Source: Candidatus Omnitrophota bacterium (GTDB lineage Bacteria; Omnitrophota; Gorgyraeia; 2-01-FULL-45-10). Taken from it: a stretch of 60,468 bases of DNA. The notes beneath the pieces were generated by a model. It did no database searches. It was not told the origin of the DNA and worked only from the letters and a program-made list of their open reading frames with translations. The position numbers and the translations under genes were made by a program. The DNA is taken from assembly GCA_041661345.1 (NCBI GenBank), contig JBAZUO010000008.1, forward strand, positions 1-60,468, given 5' to 3'. Numbering within the stretch: the first letter of the stretch is position 1; each line of letters opens with the position of its first letter. Positions 35,524 through 44,745 of this stretch are shown piece after piece.

Positions 35524-35763
35524 TTATTTAAGCACCTTTAAAATAACGAGAACCATAGTTATTCCAGCCACAACTGCCATAAACTTGCCCATCATCCGAG
35601 TGTTCTTCAATTCCTTCGCTACCGATATAGGTTGTATCCTCCAGTTTATTTTTGCATAAAATTTTCTCTGCATCTCAATAGCCCTCTCCGGCACCTTAAT
35701 ACACAATATCCCGAATGCCAATATAAGCCCTGTCATTACCAACGCCGCAATCGCCGCCATCAC
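35524..35763 (-). CDS. small two-TM membrane protein
   Basis: 79 aa. ATGA start/stop overlap with the cupin gene. Confidence 0.5.
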   Translation of the reverse strand: MMAAIAALVMTGLILAFGILCIKVPERAIEMQRKFYAKINWRIQPISVAKELKNTRMMGKFMAVVAGITMVLVILKVLK

Positions 35764-36077
35764 GCTTTCCCGTATAAGCTTAGTAAGATCGCAAGGTCCT
35801 CGTTTGCGCTCAATGAGTGAGGCGCATTTTTCGGCATAAATATGAATACGCCGGGCTTCATCTTGATCGATTTATCGAATAAAATAAACGTTCCTTCGCC
35901 TTTAAGCACTGTCACAACTCCTTCGCGCGCCGATGTATGTTTCGAGATGTCAGTTCCTTTCTTAAGACACATAAGCGTGTGGTCCGACAGCTCACCCTTC
36001 GCAATAACGGTGCTGAATATTCCCTCCTTTGGGAATTCCATAAGTTTATTCAGATCTCTTACTGCCGATTTTACCAT
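35760..36077 (-). CDS. cupin domain-containing protein
   Basis: The track start at 36095 is TTG. The ATG at 36077 with a GAGGGA SD 11 nt upstream is preferred. Cupin-like GVVTVLKGEGTF...FMPKNAPHSL. Confidence 0.65.
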   Translation of the reverse strand: MVKSAVRDLNKLMEFPKEGIFSTVIAKGELSDHTLMCLKKGTDISKHTSAREGVVTVLKGEGTFILFDKSIKMKPGVFIFMPKNAPHSLSANEDLAILLSLYGKA

Positions 36078-36196
36078 AATTAAGGTATCCCTCAAGGGGC
36101 TCGTGCCGGCAGGAACAGCGCTCCCCGGCAGGATGCCCTTGCCTGCCTATCCTCCCGGCTAAATTTTTTGATCCTTCAGCAATGTGATGTGGCGAC

Positions 36197-36319
36197 GTGG
36201 TGAACAGGGCCTTAAAATTTTTTATGGCTCGGTCCGCTGCTGCTAACTGGCGGCGGCATAAAAAATTTTACTGGAGCGAGGTTTTCCGCTGGAGAAAACC
36301 GAACGTCCCTGTGAACCAC
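36197..36319. ncRNA. candidate structured RNA (three-way junction), class and strand unknown
   Basis: P1 is 36197-36209 / 36307-36319 (13 positions, 11 Watson-Crick pairs plus a tandem G-A/A-G on plus). There is a 14-bp perfect AT stem 36213-36226 / 36257-36270, capped by 36234-36241 / 36249-36256 (two G-U on plus). A hairpin lies at 36280-36286 / 36294-36300. Confidence 0.35.
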
Positions 36320-36355
36320 TCGACACAGCACATTCTCTTGCTGTATTGAAAAAAT

Positions 36356-37696
36356 TCAAATAACGACTTTGTGGGACAGTCCCCTACGATTAGCAACTTT
36401 GGACGCTGGGGACAGTCCCTTCAAACATTGCTCCGAAACTTTGATAGAACAGTACTCACCGCACATTGTGCATACGTCTTTCGCACCTGGTGTCGACATC
36501 TTCCTGTACTTCTTCGGTTTTGACTTATCTAACGCAAGCTTGAATTGCTCATCCCAGTTTCTCGCTTTTCTCGCCTTCGATATTGCTATATCCCAATCGA
36601 GGGCGCCTGCTACACCCTTTGCAATATCGGCCGCGTGAGCCGCGATCTTCGATGCTATTACGCCTTCTTTAACGTCGTCTAGCGTAGGAAGCCTTAGATG
36701 CTCCGATGGCGTTACATAGCAGAGGAAATCAGCGCCCTTACTTGCCGCGAGCGCCCCGCCTATTGCGGCCGTTATGTGGTCGTATCCGGGCGCAACGTCC
36801 GTAACGAGCGGGCCCAGGACATAAAATGGTGCGCCGCTGCATATCGATTTTTCGAGAAGTACGTTAGCTTCTATCTGGTCTATCGGAACATGCCCGGGCC
36901 CTTCTATCATCACCTGGACGCCTCTCTTAAGCGATGCCTTCTGCAGTTCTCCCAATGTGATCAGCTCTGAAATTTGAGGCCCGTCGGTTGCGTCGGCTAC
37001 AGAACCCGGCCTTAAACCGTCTCCAAGGCTCATAGTAACGTCATATCTCCTGGCGATATCCAAGACTTTATGGTAGTTTTCGTAAAAAGGATTTTCCCGG
37101 CCATTTTCCGTCATCCACTGCGCGATGAGCGCGCCGCCGCGGCTGACGATATCGAGGACGCGGCCATTTTTCGCAAGCATCTTAACTGCGTTTCTCGTTA
37201 CGCCCGCATGAATGGTGAAAAAATCAACCCCGTCGGAAGCCTGCTCTTCGAGCACATCGAGCATGAATTCCACAGGTATCGATTTGATGGAGCCGAATTT
37301 TTTAACGCCGTTTATTACGATCTCGTATAGCGGGACTGTGCCGACCGGTACACCGGACGCCCTAAGGACCCTGCGCCTCGTCTCCTTAATATCGCGGCCC
37401 GTCGAAAGGTCCATGACGGCATCCGCTCCGGCATCTATGGCCGCAAGGGTCTTAACGATCTCTTTTCCTATATTGGAAGAATCCGCGGATGTGCCTAAGT
37501 TCGCGTTCACCTTGGTCTTCAGGCCCTGGCCGATACCGCAAGGCGCGGTTAGCCTATGTTTAATATTCTTTGGGATTACGATGCGGCCTTTGACGATTAA
37601 TTTGCGGATGGTTTCCGGATCGGCGCGTTCGCTTTTGGCGACGAACTTTACCTCTTTGGATATCAGGCCGTTCCTGGCGATTTCAACTTGCGTCAT
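36356..37696 (-). CDS. thiC: phosphomethylpyrimidine synthase
   Basis: 446 aa (short anaerobe-type ThiC). C-terminal CTMCGEYC Fe-S motif and a conserved core (GPGHVP, LGPLVTDVAPGYDHI). Confidence 0.93.
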   Translation of the reverse strand: MTQVEIARNGLISKEVKFVAKSERADPETIRKLIVKGRIVIPKNIKHRLTAPCGIGQGLKTKVNANLGTSADSSNIGKEIVKTLAAIDAGADAVMDLSTGRDIKETRRRVLRASGVPVGTVPLYEIVINGVKKFGSIKSIPVEFMLDVLEEQASDGVDFFTIHAGVTRNAVKMLAKNGRVLDIVSRGGALIAQWMTENGRENPFYENYHKVLDIARRYDVTMSLGDGLRPGSVADATDGPQISELITLGELQKASLKRGVQVMIEGPGHVPIDQIEANVLLEKSICSGAPFYVLGPLVTDVAPGYDHITAAIGGALAASKGADFLCYVTPSEHLRLPTLDDVKEGVIASKIAAHAADIAKGVAGALDWDIAISKARKARNWDEQFKLALDKSKPKKYRKMSTPGAKDVCTMCGEYCSIKVSEQCLKGLSPASKVANRRGLSHKVVI

Positions 37697-38118
37697 TTGA
37701 CTCTTCTTAATCTTTTAAATGATCTTTGTTCGATATTGTAAACTTTAAATCTTAACCTGGAGAATCTCACGGAGCATTTCTTGTCGATAAGCTTGAAAAA
37801 TTCTTCCAGTACCCTTAGAGATTCTTTAACGCGCTCTATGTTAGCGCCGAATATATCCGATGAATCGACCCTTTTAAGTTCGCTGGGCTTACGGGATACG
37901 CGCCCCACATCCTCCGTGGAATTCCGCGATCCAATAATATTACCGGATTTGGTCAGATAAGGTTTTGCGATATTTGATATCGAGTGCCTTATCGACTTCA
38001 GTTCTTTGGTAAGCGCTTCTGAATTGAGCGCAAACCGCGTGATCTCCTCGCAAACCCTTAAGCCCTCCCTCGACCTATTCAGGTTCGCATCGATTATCCG
38101 AAATACCGCCTTCTTCAT
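37693..38118 (-). CDS. stand-alone homolog of the N-terminal domain found on long-form thiamine-phosphate synthases
   Basis: 141 aa. FRIIDANLNRSREGLRVCEEITRF resembles the N-terminal extension of cyanobacterial-type ThiE (recollection). 4-nt overlap with the thiC start. Confidence 0.45.
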   Translation of the reverse strand: MKKAVFRIIDANLNRSREGLRVCEEITRFALNSEALTKELKSIRHSISNIAKPYLTKSGNIIGSRNSTEDVGRVSRKPSELKRVDSSDIFGANIERVKESLRVLEEFFKLIDKKCSVRFSRLRFKVYNIEQRSFKRLRRVK

Positions 38119-38127
38119 ATTGAAAAA

Positions 38128-38598
38128 CTAACCCTTTATCTTGTTGATCAAATACGTGGTCGAGTACCCATTAACGAATGGTATAGTCGCGACCCTGCCT
38201 CCGCAGCATTTTACGAAATCACTGCCGACTATGTCACGCTTCTTCCAGTCGCCGCCCTTCACGAGCACGTTCGGCTTTAATCGCTGAATTAATTTTTCCG
38301 GCGTTGTTTCACCGAATATCGTAACGTAGTCGACAAAGCACAGGCTTGATAGTATCTTTGCCCTGTCATACTCTTTATTTATCGGCCTATCCAGGCCCTT
38401 TATCTTACGCACAGAGCTGTCACTATTAAGTCCTACGACCAGGATATCGCCCAGCTTCCTGGCTTTGGAAAGATAGTCGACGTGGCCTACGTGAAGGATG
38501 TCGAAACAGCCGTTCGTAAAGACTATTCTTTTGCCTCTCGCCTTGAGTAATGATAATTTTCTGGCGAGGGCAGTGGAACTTATTATTTTGGAATTCAT
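38128..38598 (-). CDS. hldC: D-glycero-beta-D-manno-heptose 1-phosphate adenylyltransferase (RfaE domain II)
   Basis: 156 aa. [17 protein letters not shown] cytidylyltransferase HxGH motif. Confidence 0.88.
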   Translation of the reverse strand: MNSKIISSTALARKLSLLKARGKRIVFTNGCFDILHVGHVDYLSKARKLGDILVVGLNSDSSVRKIKGLDRPINKEYDRAKILSSLCFVDYVTIFGETTPEKLIQRLKPNVLVKGGDWKKRDIVGSDFVKCCGGRVATIPFVNGYSTTYLINKIKG

Positions 38599-39164
38599 TT
38601 TGACAACCCCTCTTCTATCAATTCACAAAGTATGTGGCCGATCATTATATGCGATTCCTGGATCCGGGGTGTGTCTCTGGAGGCAACGACTATGGATATA
38701 TCGCACTCTTTCTTCAACATACCTCCGTCGCAACCCGCCAACGCGATCGTTCTGATCCCGACAGCCTTAGCCTTTTTTACAGCCTCGAGAACATTCTTTG
38801 AATTACCGCTCGTCGAGATGGCAAGCGCGACATCGCCCTTTTTGCCAAGCGCCTCCAGCTCGCGCGAGAAGGTTTCAGAATAACCGTAATCATTGGCTAT
38901 CGCTGTCAATAGGGGTGTGTTCGTGCCGAGCGCGATTGCCGCAAACGGCCGCCTCTCTTTTTTAAAGCGGCCGACGAGTTCTCCTGCGATGTGCTGGCTG
39001 TCTGCGGTGCTGCCGCCATTACCGAAAACGATAAGCTTACCGCCTGTCTTGAGCGATCCTATGATAGCCTTTGCCGCGCTTTCAATATTAAGAGCCTGAT
39101 CTCTCGCGAGAAACTCTTTGACTGAAATGCTTTCGGTAATCCTCTTCCTTATCGTATCTTTCAT
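38595..39164 (-). CDS. gmhA: D-sedoheptulose 7-phosphate isomerase
   Basis: 189 aa. SIS domain [11 protein letters not shown]...ISTSGNS. Confidence 0.9.
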   Translation of the reverse strand: MKDTIRKRITESISVKEFLARDQALNIESAAKAIIGSLKTGGKLIVFGNGGSTADSQHIAGELVGRFKKERRPFAAIALGTNTPLLTAIANDYGYSETFSRELEALGKKGDVALAISTSGNSKNVLEAVKKAKAVGIRTIALAGCDGGMLKKECDISIVVASRDTPRIQESHIMIGHILCELIEEGLSK

Positions 39165-39167
39165 GGT

Positions 39168-40202
39168 TTATCCAAAGAATTTTGTAGCCAGCCCGTAAAG
39201 TTTCATATCGACGGTCTTAAGTGTGCCGACCGCCTCTTCAATAAGAACTTCTTTTATCTCTGTTCCGCGCAGGCTTGTCATATATCCGAATTTACCTGCA
39301 AGCGCCAGCTCCATCGCCTTAACGCCGAACCTTGTGCCAAGGACCCTGTCGGCGGCTGTTGGAGTTCCGCCCCTCTGTATATGGCCCAGGACTGTAACGC
39401 GCGTCTCGAATTTAGTCCTCTTCTCGACCTCTTCGGCAAGTATTTCGCCTATTCCACCCAGTCGCACATGCCCGAACGAGTCAAGCTTTTCCTCTTTCGT
39501 AACTACCTGGCCGGCCTTAAACTCGGCGCCTTCAGCGACAACCACAATAGAGAAACTCTTCCCTCTGGCGTGGCGCTTTTTCAATATCGCGCAGACTTCG
39601 TCTAGGTCGATCTTCACTTCCGGTATCAGTATGATGTCCGAGCCGGTTGCAAGCCCCGAATAGATGGCGATCCAGCCTGCATGTCTTCCCATGACCTCGA
39701 CTACCATGATTCTGTGATGGCTCTCAGCCGTAGTGTGAAGCCTGTCGATGGCCTCCGTTGCTATATTTATCGCCGTATCGAAACCAAATGTAAAGTCTGT
39801 GGCATTGAGATCGTTGTCTATGGTCTTCGGAACGCCGATCACGTTTATCCCCTTACCCTCTTTGTAAAGTTTATTTGCGACTCCGAGCGTGTCTTCGCCG
39901 CCGATAGCTATAAGCGCATCCAATTTCAGTTTTTTATAGTTCTCAATGACCTTTGCTACATCGTCTTTGTTTTTGAATGGGTTAGTTCTCGATGTACCAA
40001 GTATCGTTCCGCCCTTAACGAGTATTCCCGATACGGAATTGATATCCAGTTCCACGGTGTCAGCGTTGATCAGCCCCTTCCATCCGTTTTTGATCCCGAT
40101 AACCTTAACATTACTCTGATGGGCAATCCTGACAACTCCTCTTATTACTGCATTTAAACCCGGGCAATCTCCCCCGCCCGTCAATATTCCAACACGTTCC
40201 AT
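39168..40202 (-). CDS. pfk: 6-phosphofructokinase (ATP/PPi-dependent PFK family)
   Basis: 344 aa. GILTGGGDCPGLNAV, IGGEDTLG, PKTIDND and MGRHAG motifs. The phosphoryl donor cannot be decided by eye. Confidence 0.88.
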   Translation of the reverse strand: MERVGILTGGGDCPGLNAVIRGVVRIAHQSNVKVIGIKNGWKGLINADTVELDINSVSGILVKGGTILGTSRTNPFKNKDDVAKVIENYKKLKLDALIAIGGEDTLGVANKLYKEGKGINVIGVPKTIDNDLNATDFTFGFDTAINIATEAIDRLHTTAESHHRIMVVEVMGRHAGWIAIYSGLATGSDIILIPEVKIDLDEVCAILKKRHARGKSFSIVVVAEGAEFKAGQVVTKEEKLDSFGHVRLGGIGEILAEEVEKRTKFETRVTVLGHIQRGGTPTAADRVLGTRFGVKAMELALAGKFGYMTSLRGTEIKEVLIEEAVGTLKTVDMKLYGLATKFFG

Positions 40203-40222
40203 CTCTTTACTCCTCCTTGTTT

Positions 40223-40828
40223 TTAAAAATTACCGTATTCTATACTGCCCCTGTACTGAGCGTTCTTATCATCCGGTTTCTTATCTTTTGGCGCGTCCTC
40301 TTTATGCGCGATCTTCACCACATGAACTTTTATATTGATTGGCTCTTCGACGCCCAGCATATCCTGCACCCGGCCCTTCACGATATTCTGTATCTTTTCG
40401 GTAGTCTCCGGTATGTGGATGTCGGAATACAAAGTGACCCTATTGACGATCGATATACCCTTTTTGCCGGCACGCACGCTTGGCCGCAACTCCTTGACCT
40501 CGGGCAGCTGTTTTATTGCCCTCTTTATGAAATCCTCTATGGCGGATAACGATATCGTCACCTGGCCGTCCGGGTTTTCGAAGGCTATCGTCTTTTCTCT
40601 CTGGATCTTTCCCATAGCTATCTGGATCACCGTCAGGCTTATGAATATAAGCAATATCCCGGTTATGCCGAGGATGAGCCGCGTATTGGTCGCCGCGTAT
40701 ATCATATTGATGGTTTCGCTTACGGCGTCCTGGGTTATTATATTAAGCGAGATGGCTATTAAAACACCGCCTATCAGTATAAATACGATCGTATAAAATA
40801 AAAGCGTCAGTCCGTTTAATATTTTCAT
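40223..40828 (-). CDS. amaP: alkaline shock response membrane anchor protein AmaP-like
   Basis: 201 aa with two N-terminal TM helices. It sits immediately downstream of, and overlaps, an Asp23 gene. Confidence 0.65.
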   Translation of the reverse strand: MKILNGLTLLFYTIVFILIGGVLIAISLNIITQDAVSETINMIYAATNTRLILGITGILLIFISLTVIQIAMGKIQREKTIAFENPDGQVTISLSAIEDFIKRAIKQLPEVKELRPSVRAGKKGISIVNRVTLYSDIHIPETTEKIQNIVKGRVQDMLGVEEPINIKVHVVKIAHKEDAPKDKKPDDKNAQYRGSIEYGNF

Positions 40829-41217
40829 ATCTTCTTCTCCTTCTCTTGGGCGCTTGGGGCCCGAACGCCTTCGACCACAACATCGACTTCTGCCAGGACG
40901 AGGCCGGTCATTTTTTCGACCGCCCTTTTCACGTTCTCCTGCACTTCATCCGCGACCCTGGGAATATCCACCGCGTATTCGACTATTACGTAAACCGTAA
41001 GTTTTACCTCGTTCTCTTTCATGCAGATCTTGACACCCTTGGAGTTCGGGGCGTTAAATAAAATATCGTAAAGCGCCTTTCGTAATCCCCCGCCCATCTT
41101 ATGGACGCCCCGTACCTCAAGGGCGGCGATGGAAGCGATCGTCATGATAGCCTCGTTATTGATCCTGACGACCCCGAGGTCGGTCGATCTTTCCCTATGC
41201 GTTTGCTCTTTATTCAT
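40825..41217 (-). CDS. Asp23/Gls24 family envelope stress protein
   Basis: GVVRINNEAIMTIASIAALEVRGV is typical of Asp23. The track start at 41232 is GTG and lies inside a GAGGGGG SD, so the ATG at 41217 is preferred. Confidence 0.8.
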   Translation of the reverse strand: MNKEQTHRERSTDLGVVRINNEAIMTIASIAALEVRGVHKMGGGLRKALYDILFNAPNSKGVKICMKENEVKLTVYVIVEYAVDIPRVADEVQENVKRAVEKMTGLVLAEVDVVVEGVRAPSAQEKEKKI

Positions 41218-41244
41218 ATGCATCCCCCTCACAAAAAACTTATA

Positions 41245-42594
41245 TTATTTTGCCGTTTCGAAAAGCTTCTCCACGAAATCCGTCGAATATTTACCGCGGA
41301 TGAACGCGGTATTGTTCATGACCTTCTTGTGGAATGGTATAGTCGTTTTTATCGGCTCGATCGTGAACTCATCCAGAGCCCTTTTGCAGATACTGATCGC
41401 CTCCTGCCTGTTCTTACCATGGACTATCAACTTGCCTATCATCGAATCATAATACGGTGATATGTCGTAGCCTGTATAGGCATGCGTATCGATTCTTACG
41501 CCGCGTCCGCCGGGCGTATTGAATGTAACGATCTTACCCGGCGAAGGCATAAAATCATTGTCCGGATCCTCGGCGTTTATTCTGCATTCGATCGCGTGGC
41601 CGTAAAATTTGATATCGTCCTGTTTGTAGGATATCTTTTCGCCGGCGGCGATCCTTATCTGCTCTTTGATCACGTCGATCCCCGTAACAGCCTCCGTGAT
41701 GGGGTGTTCGACCTGGACCCTCGTGTTCATTTCCATGAAATAGAATGAGCCGTCGCTATCCAATAGAAATTCGATTGTTCCGGCATTGACGTAGTTTATG
41801 GCCTTGGCGCACTTTATTGCCGCATCGCCCATCTTCTTGCGGAGCTTGGAATCCAAAATGGGAGACGGGGTTTCCTCGACAAGTTTCTGGTGCCTGCGCT
41901 GGATCGTGCAGTCTCTCTCGCCGAGATGGACTATGTGCCCGTGCGAATCACCCAGGATCTGGATCTCGATATGCCTTGGCTCTTCGATATATTTTTCGAT
42001 ATAGACGTTCGGATTGCCGAATGCCGCCTCGGCTTCGCGTTGTGCCGTCAGGAGCGCGCTTATGAGCCTTACGTCATTATGGCATATCCTCATTCCCTTG
42101 CCGCCGCCGCCTGCCGCGGCCTTCACTATGACTGGATACTTAAGCTCTTTGGCTATTTTTAACGCCTCTTCCTTAGTCTTTATGACCGCTTTACTGCCGG
42201 GGATAGTTGCCACGCCCGCCTTCTTGGCGCTGTCTTTGGCCGCCATCTTGTCACCCATCCTGCGTATGTTCTCTGGCGTCGGGCCGATGAATTTTATCTT
42301 GCAGGATTCGCAGATCTCCGCAAAGTGCGCGTCCTCTGCCAGGAAACCGTAGCCCGGGTGTATCGCCTCCACGTCCGTTATTTCGGCGGCGCTGATCACA
42401 CTGGGTATATTGAGATAACTATTGGCACTGGCCGCACTGCCTATGCATATAGCTTCGTCGGCTAGCCTTACATGCATGGAATTTATATCCGGTTGGGAAT
42501 ATACGGCAACCGTGCGGATGCCAAGCTCTTTGCAGGCCCTTATGACTCTCAAGGCGACCTCGCCCCTATTGGCTATCAATATTTTGGTAAACAT
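41245..42594 (-). CDS. accC: acetyl-CoA carboxylase, biotin carboxylase subunit
   Basis: 449 aa. [21 protein letters not shown]..., ATP-grasp motifs, [14 protein letters not shown]. Confidence 0.95.
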   Translation of the reverse strand: MFTKILIANRGEVALRVIRACKELGIRTVAVYSQPDINSMHVRLADEAICIGSAASANSYLNIPSVISAAEITDVEAIHPGYGFLAEDAHFAEICESCKIKFIGPTPENIRRMGDKMAAKDSAKKAGVATIPGSKAVIKTKEEALKIAKELKYPVIVKAAAGGGGKGMRICHNDVRLISALLTAQREAEAAFGNPNVYIEKYIEEPRHIEIQILGDSHGHIVHLGERDCTIQRRHQKLVEETPSPILDSKLRKKMGDAAIKCAKAINYVNAGTIEFLLDSDGSFYFMEMNTRVQVEHPITEAVTGIDVIKEQIRIAAGEKISYKQDDIKFYGHAIECRINAEDPDNDFMPSPGKIVTFNTPGGRGVRIDTHAYTGYDISPYYDSMIGKLIVHGKNRQEAISICKRALDEFTIEPIKTTIPFHKKVMNNTAFIRGKYSTDFVEKLFETAK

Positions 42595-42598
42595 ATGT

Positions 42599-43048
42599 TT
42601 AAGCCGGCTCCACTACAAATAATACTTGTCCGAACTCTACCGGTTCGGCGTTGTCAACCTGTATGTCGATGATCTTACCCTTAACCTCGGATTTTATTTC
42701 ATTCATCAGCTTCATCGCCTCAATGATGCATATAACCTGCCCGGGCTCGATCTTATCACCTACGTTCGCATAGGCCGGCGCTTCCGGCGATGGCGCCCTG
42801 TAGAACGTTCCAACCATCGGTGCCTTTATTTCCACGATATTTTTTTGCGATTTTTCCGCGGCTGCGGCCTGCGCTTTTTCTGCCGGCGTTGCCTGGGCCT
42901 GCGGCGCAATATATTCTATTGCCTTCTCGTAAACACCGCTCCCGCCTTTCTTAAGCCGGATCCTTACGCCCTCTTTTTCGATCTCGAGCTCGGTAAGGCC
43001 GTTCTCGTTCATCAGGTTTATCATGTCTTTTATTTCTTTTATGTACAT
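42599..43048 (-). CDS. accB: acetyl-CoA carboxylase, biotin carboxyl carrier protein
   Basis: EAMKLMNEI biotinylation motif. The ATG at 43048 (GGAGG 11 nt upstream, just after the pepP-like stop) is preferred over 43087. Confidence 0.9.
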   Translation of the reverse strand: MYIKEIKDMINLMNENGLTELEIEKEGVRIRLKKGGSGVYEKAIEYIAPQAQATPAEKAQAAAAEKSQKNIVEIKAPMVGTFYRAPSPEAPAYANVGDKIEPGQVICIIEAMKLMNEIKSEVKGKIIDIQVDNAEPVEFGQVLFVVEPA

Positions 43049-43068
43049 ATTTTTGAAACCTCCGTTTA

Positions 43069-44124
43069 TTATGAAAGCACCGCGCACCCGTTTTTGGTGA
43101 CGAGAACCATATCCTCTATCCTTACACCGCCGAAACCGGGGATATATATAGCCGGCTCTATCGTAAAGACCATTCCGGGCCTTAATAGCTCTTCGCTCGT
43201 CCTCGATATCGAGGGCTCTTCATGAACATCCATCCCGACCCCGTGGCCGAGAGAATGGCCAAAGCATTTGCCGAACCCCCTGGACTGTATATGAGTACGC
43301 GCCCTTCGATCGACCTCGGCTATCCTTACGCCGGGTTTTATCATCTCGATAGCCATATCGTGTGCCTCGCAGACGATTGCGTATATCTTTCTAAATCTGG
43401 CGTCGGCCTTGCCGATCATAACCATTCTGGTTATGTCGGAGCAGTAGCCATTAAGGTTACAGCCCATATCTATCATGACAAAATCATTTTTTTTAAAGAC
43501 CAACTTGCCGGGCCTGGCGTGCGGCATCGATGAATTTGCGCCGCCTGCCACTATCGCGTCAAATGCGTTCCTGGCGCCGCGCCTGATAAATTCTATCTCA
43601 ATTCTTTTGCTTATAGATTCTTCCGATATCCCGGGCTTAATGTAACCGGCGGCGTATTCAAATACCTCTTTTGCCAGGCTAACGGACTTCTTTATAAGGC
43701 TTATCTCGCCCTCGTCTTTTATTGCCCTTAAACTTTCTACGAGCCCCTTGACCGGGACGAGCGCCGATTTCCCAATATAACCTTTAAGCCGCAGCGCAAC
43801 TTCGTACGGCAGATTCGATGATTCAAACCCTATTCTTTTGAAACGGCCTTCTCTTACGATCTCTTCGATCGTATCGTAAGTGGATGTTTTTACAAGCCTG
43901 ATATCGAATCCTTTTATATTCTTCCTGGATTCCTCGATATATCGCGAATCGGTAATAAAAAAGTTGCGCTTCGATCCTGCGATGATGATTGCATCATGGC
44001 CGAGAAATCCGCTTAAGTACGACGCGTTCGCCTGGTTCGTGACCAGGAATCCGTCGAGCCGCCTCTTCGCGGCCTCTTTATTTAAAAGAGCGATCCTGTT
44101 ATTAATATCAGAGCCTGCCATCAT
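43069..44124 (-). CDS. Xaa-Pro aminopeptidase (M24 family)
   Basis: 351 aa. [28 protein letters not shown] and TIEPAIY metal-ligand motifs. Confidence 0.88.
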   Translation of the reverse strand: MMAGSDINNRIALLNKEAAKRRLDGFLVTNQANASYLSGFLGHDAIIIAGSKRNFFITDSRYIEESRKNIKGFDIRLVKTSTYDTIEEIVREGRFKRIGFESSNLPYEVALRLKGYIGKSALVPVKGLVESLRAIKDEGEISLIKKSVSLAKEVFEYAAGYIKPGISEESISKRIEIEFIRRGARNAFDAIVAGGANSSMPHARPGKLVFKKNDFVMIDMGCNLNGYCSDITRMVMIGKADARFRKIYAIVCEAHDMAIEMIKPGVRIAEVDRRARTHIQSRGFGKCFGHSLGHGVGMDVHEEPSISRTSEELLRPGMVFTIEPAIYIPGFGGVRIEDMVLVTKNGCAVLS

Positions 44125-44558
44125 TTACTCGTAAGCTCGATGGCCGCTTCAAGGCCCAGAATATAACTCATCTTCCCAAAACCGGAGACCTGTCCCTTCG
44201 CGACGGGCGCGATCAGGGATGTGTGCCTGAATTCCTCACGGCTGTATATATTAGATAAGTGTACCTCGACCGTGGGTACGTTTACGGCGCTTATAGCGTC
44301 CCTTATAGCGACACTTGTGTGAGTATAAGCAGCCGGATTTATAAGGATCGCATCGAATTTACCGGATGACTTTCCTATCGCCTCAACGATCGTGCCTTCA
44401 TGGTCAGACTGCACTATCTCGAGAGAGACTTTTTTCGCCTTTGCGCATTTTTTTAAGTCCTCGTTTATTTCATCTATCGTCACCTCTCCATAGACATTAA
44501 CTTCTCTTTTGCCTAGAAGGTTAAGGTTTGGCCCGTGTATGACAAGGATTTTTTTCAT
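44121..44558 (-). CDS. aroQ: type II 3-dehydroquinate dehydratase
   Basis: [19 protein letters not shown]..., [15 protein letters not shown]. The ATG at 44558 with a GAGAGG SD is preferred over 44600. Confidence 0.92.
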   Translation of the reverse strand: MKKILVIHGPNLNLLGKREVNVYGEVTIDEINEDLKKCAKAKKVSLEIVQSDHEGTIVEAIGKSSGKFDAILINPAAYTHTSVAIRDAISAVNVPTVEVHLSNIYSREEFRHTSLIAPVAKGQVSGFGKMSYILGLEAAIELTSK

Positions 44559-44559
44559 A

Positions 44560-44739
44560 TCAGCCCTCTCTCTTATTCGAAGCGGGATCCTCCGCCTCAT
44601 CTATGATCATTATCGGTATCCCGTCTTTGATCGGATAGCGTTTAAGGCATTTTTCACAGACTATTTTATCATTCTCGAGTTTTACGCCGGACTTGCACGC
44701 CGGGCAGGCCAGAATATCCAGTAGTTCTTTATTTATCAT
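44560..44739 (-). CDS. Trm112/YcaR (UPF0434) family zinc-ribbon protein (59 aa)
   Basis: Below the ORF-track cutoff. Manual translation gives [59 protein letters not shown]. This carries the classic LACP.CK...L.C..C...YPI.DGIP.ML motif. Confidence 0.85.
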   Translation of the reverse strand: MINKELLDILACPACKSGVKLENDKIVCEKCLKRYPIKDGIPIMIIDEAEDPASNKREG

Positions 44740-44745
44740 AATTTT

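Noticed and set aside
36107-36133. The 8-mer CGGCAGGA occurs twice here and once, as the reverse complement, at 52735-52742 in the other structured gap. This hinted at a shared repeat family.
   Set aside because: The same 8-mer also occurs inside aroB coding sequence (19411-19418), and the flanks do not align. I cannot distinguish this from chance.
36096-36175. Possible tmRNA or SRP RNA start (GGGGCTCGTGCCGGCAGGAACAGCG...).
   Set aside because: There is no T-arm (GGTTCGAxTCC) or CCA-terminal acceptor partner, and no tag-like reading frame ending in Ala-Ala. The SRP helix-8 GGAAGCAGC/GGAA signature is absent on either strand.
36224-36355. Plus-strand 43-aa basic ORF (MARSAAANWRRHKKFYWSEVFRWRKPNVPVNHSTQHILLLY) inside the structured gap.
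   Set aside because: It has no Shine-Dalgarno and its start sits in an AT stem. The composition looks like translation of GC-rich helices. It is more parsimoniously non-coding.
36096-38127. Expected TPP (THI-box) riboswitch associated with thiC.
   Set aside because: The structured gap at 36096-36355 is downstream of thiC, not upstream, and lacks CTGAGA...ACCTGA core motifs. The space upstream of the thiC-coupled ORF is only 9 nt (38119-38127).
42626-43225. Large plus-strand ORFs antisense to well-supported minus-strand genes. Examples are 42626-43225 (199 aa), 48385-48978 (197 aa), 46890-47438 (182 aa), 28490-29005 (171 aa), 16633-17133 (166 aa), 37212-37700 (162 aa) and 59504-59977 (157 aa).
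   Set aside because: All are shadow frames of strongly supported genes (accB/pepP-like, TIM-barrel, patatin, ThyA-like/HIT, PilZ, thiC, glgP). They have low-complexity or Arg/Ser/Leu-rich translations and no motifs.
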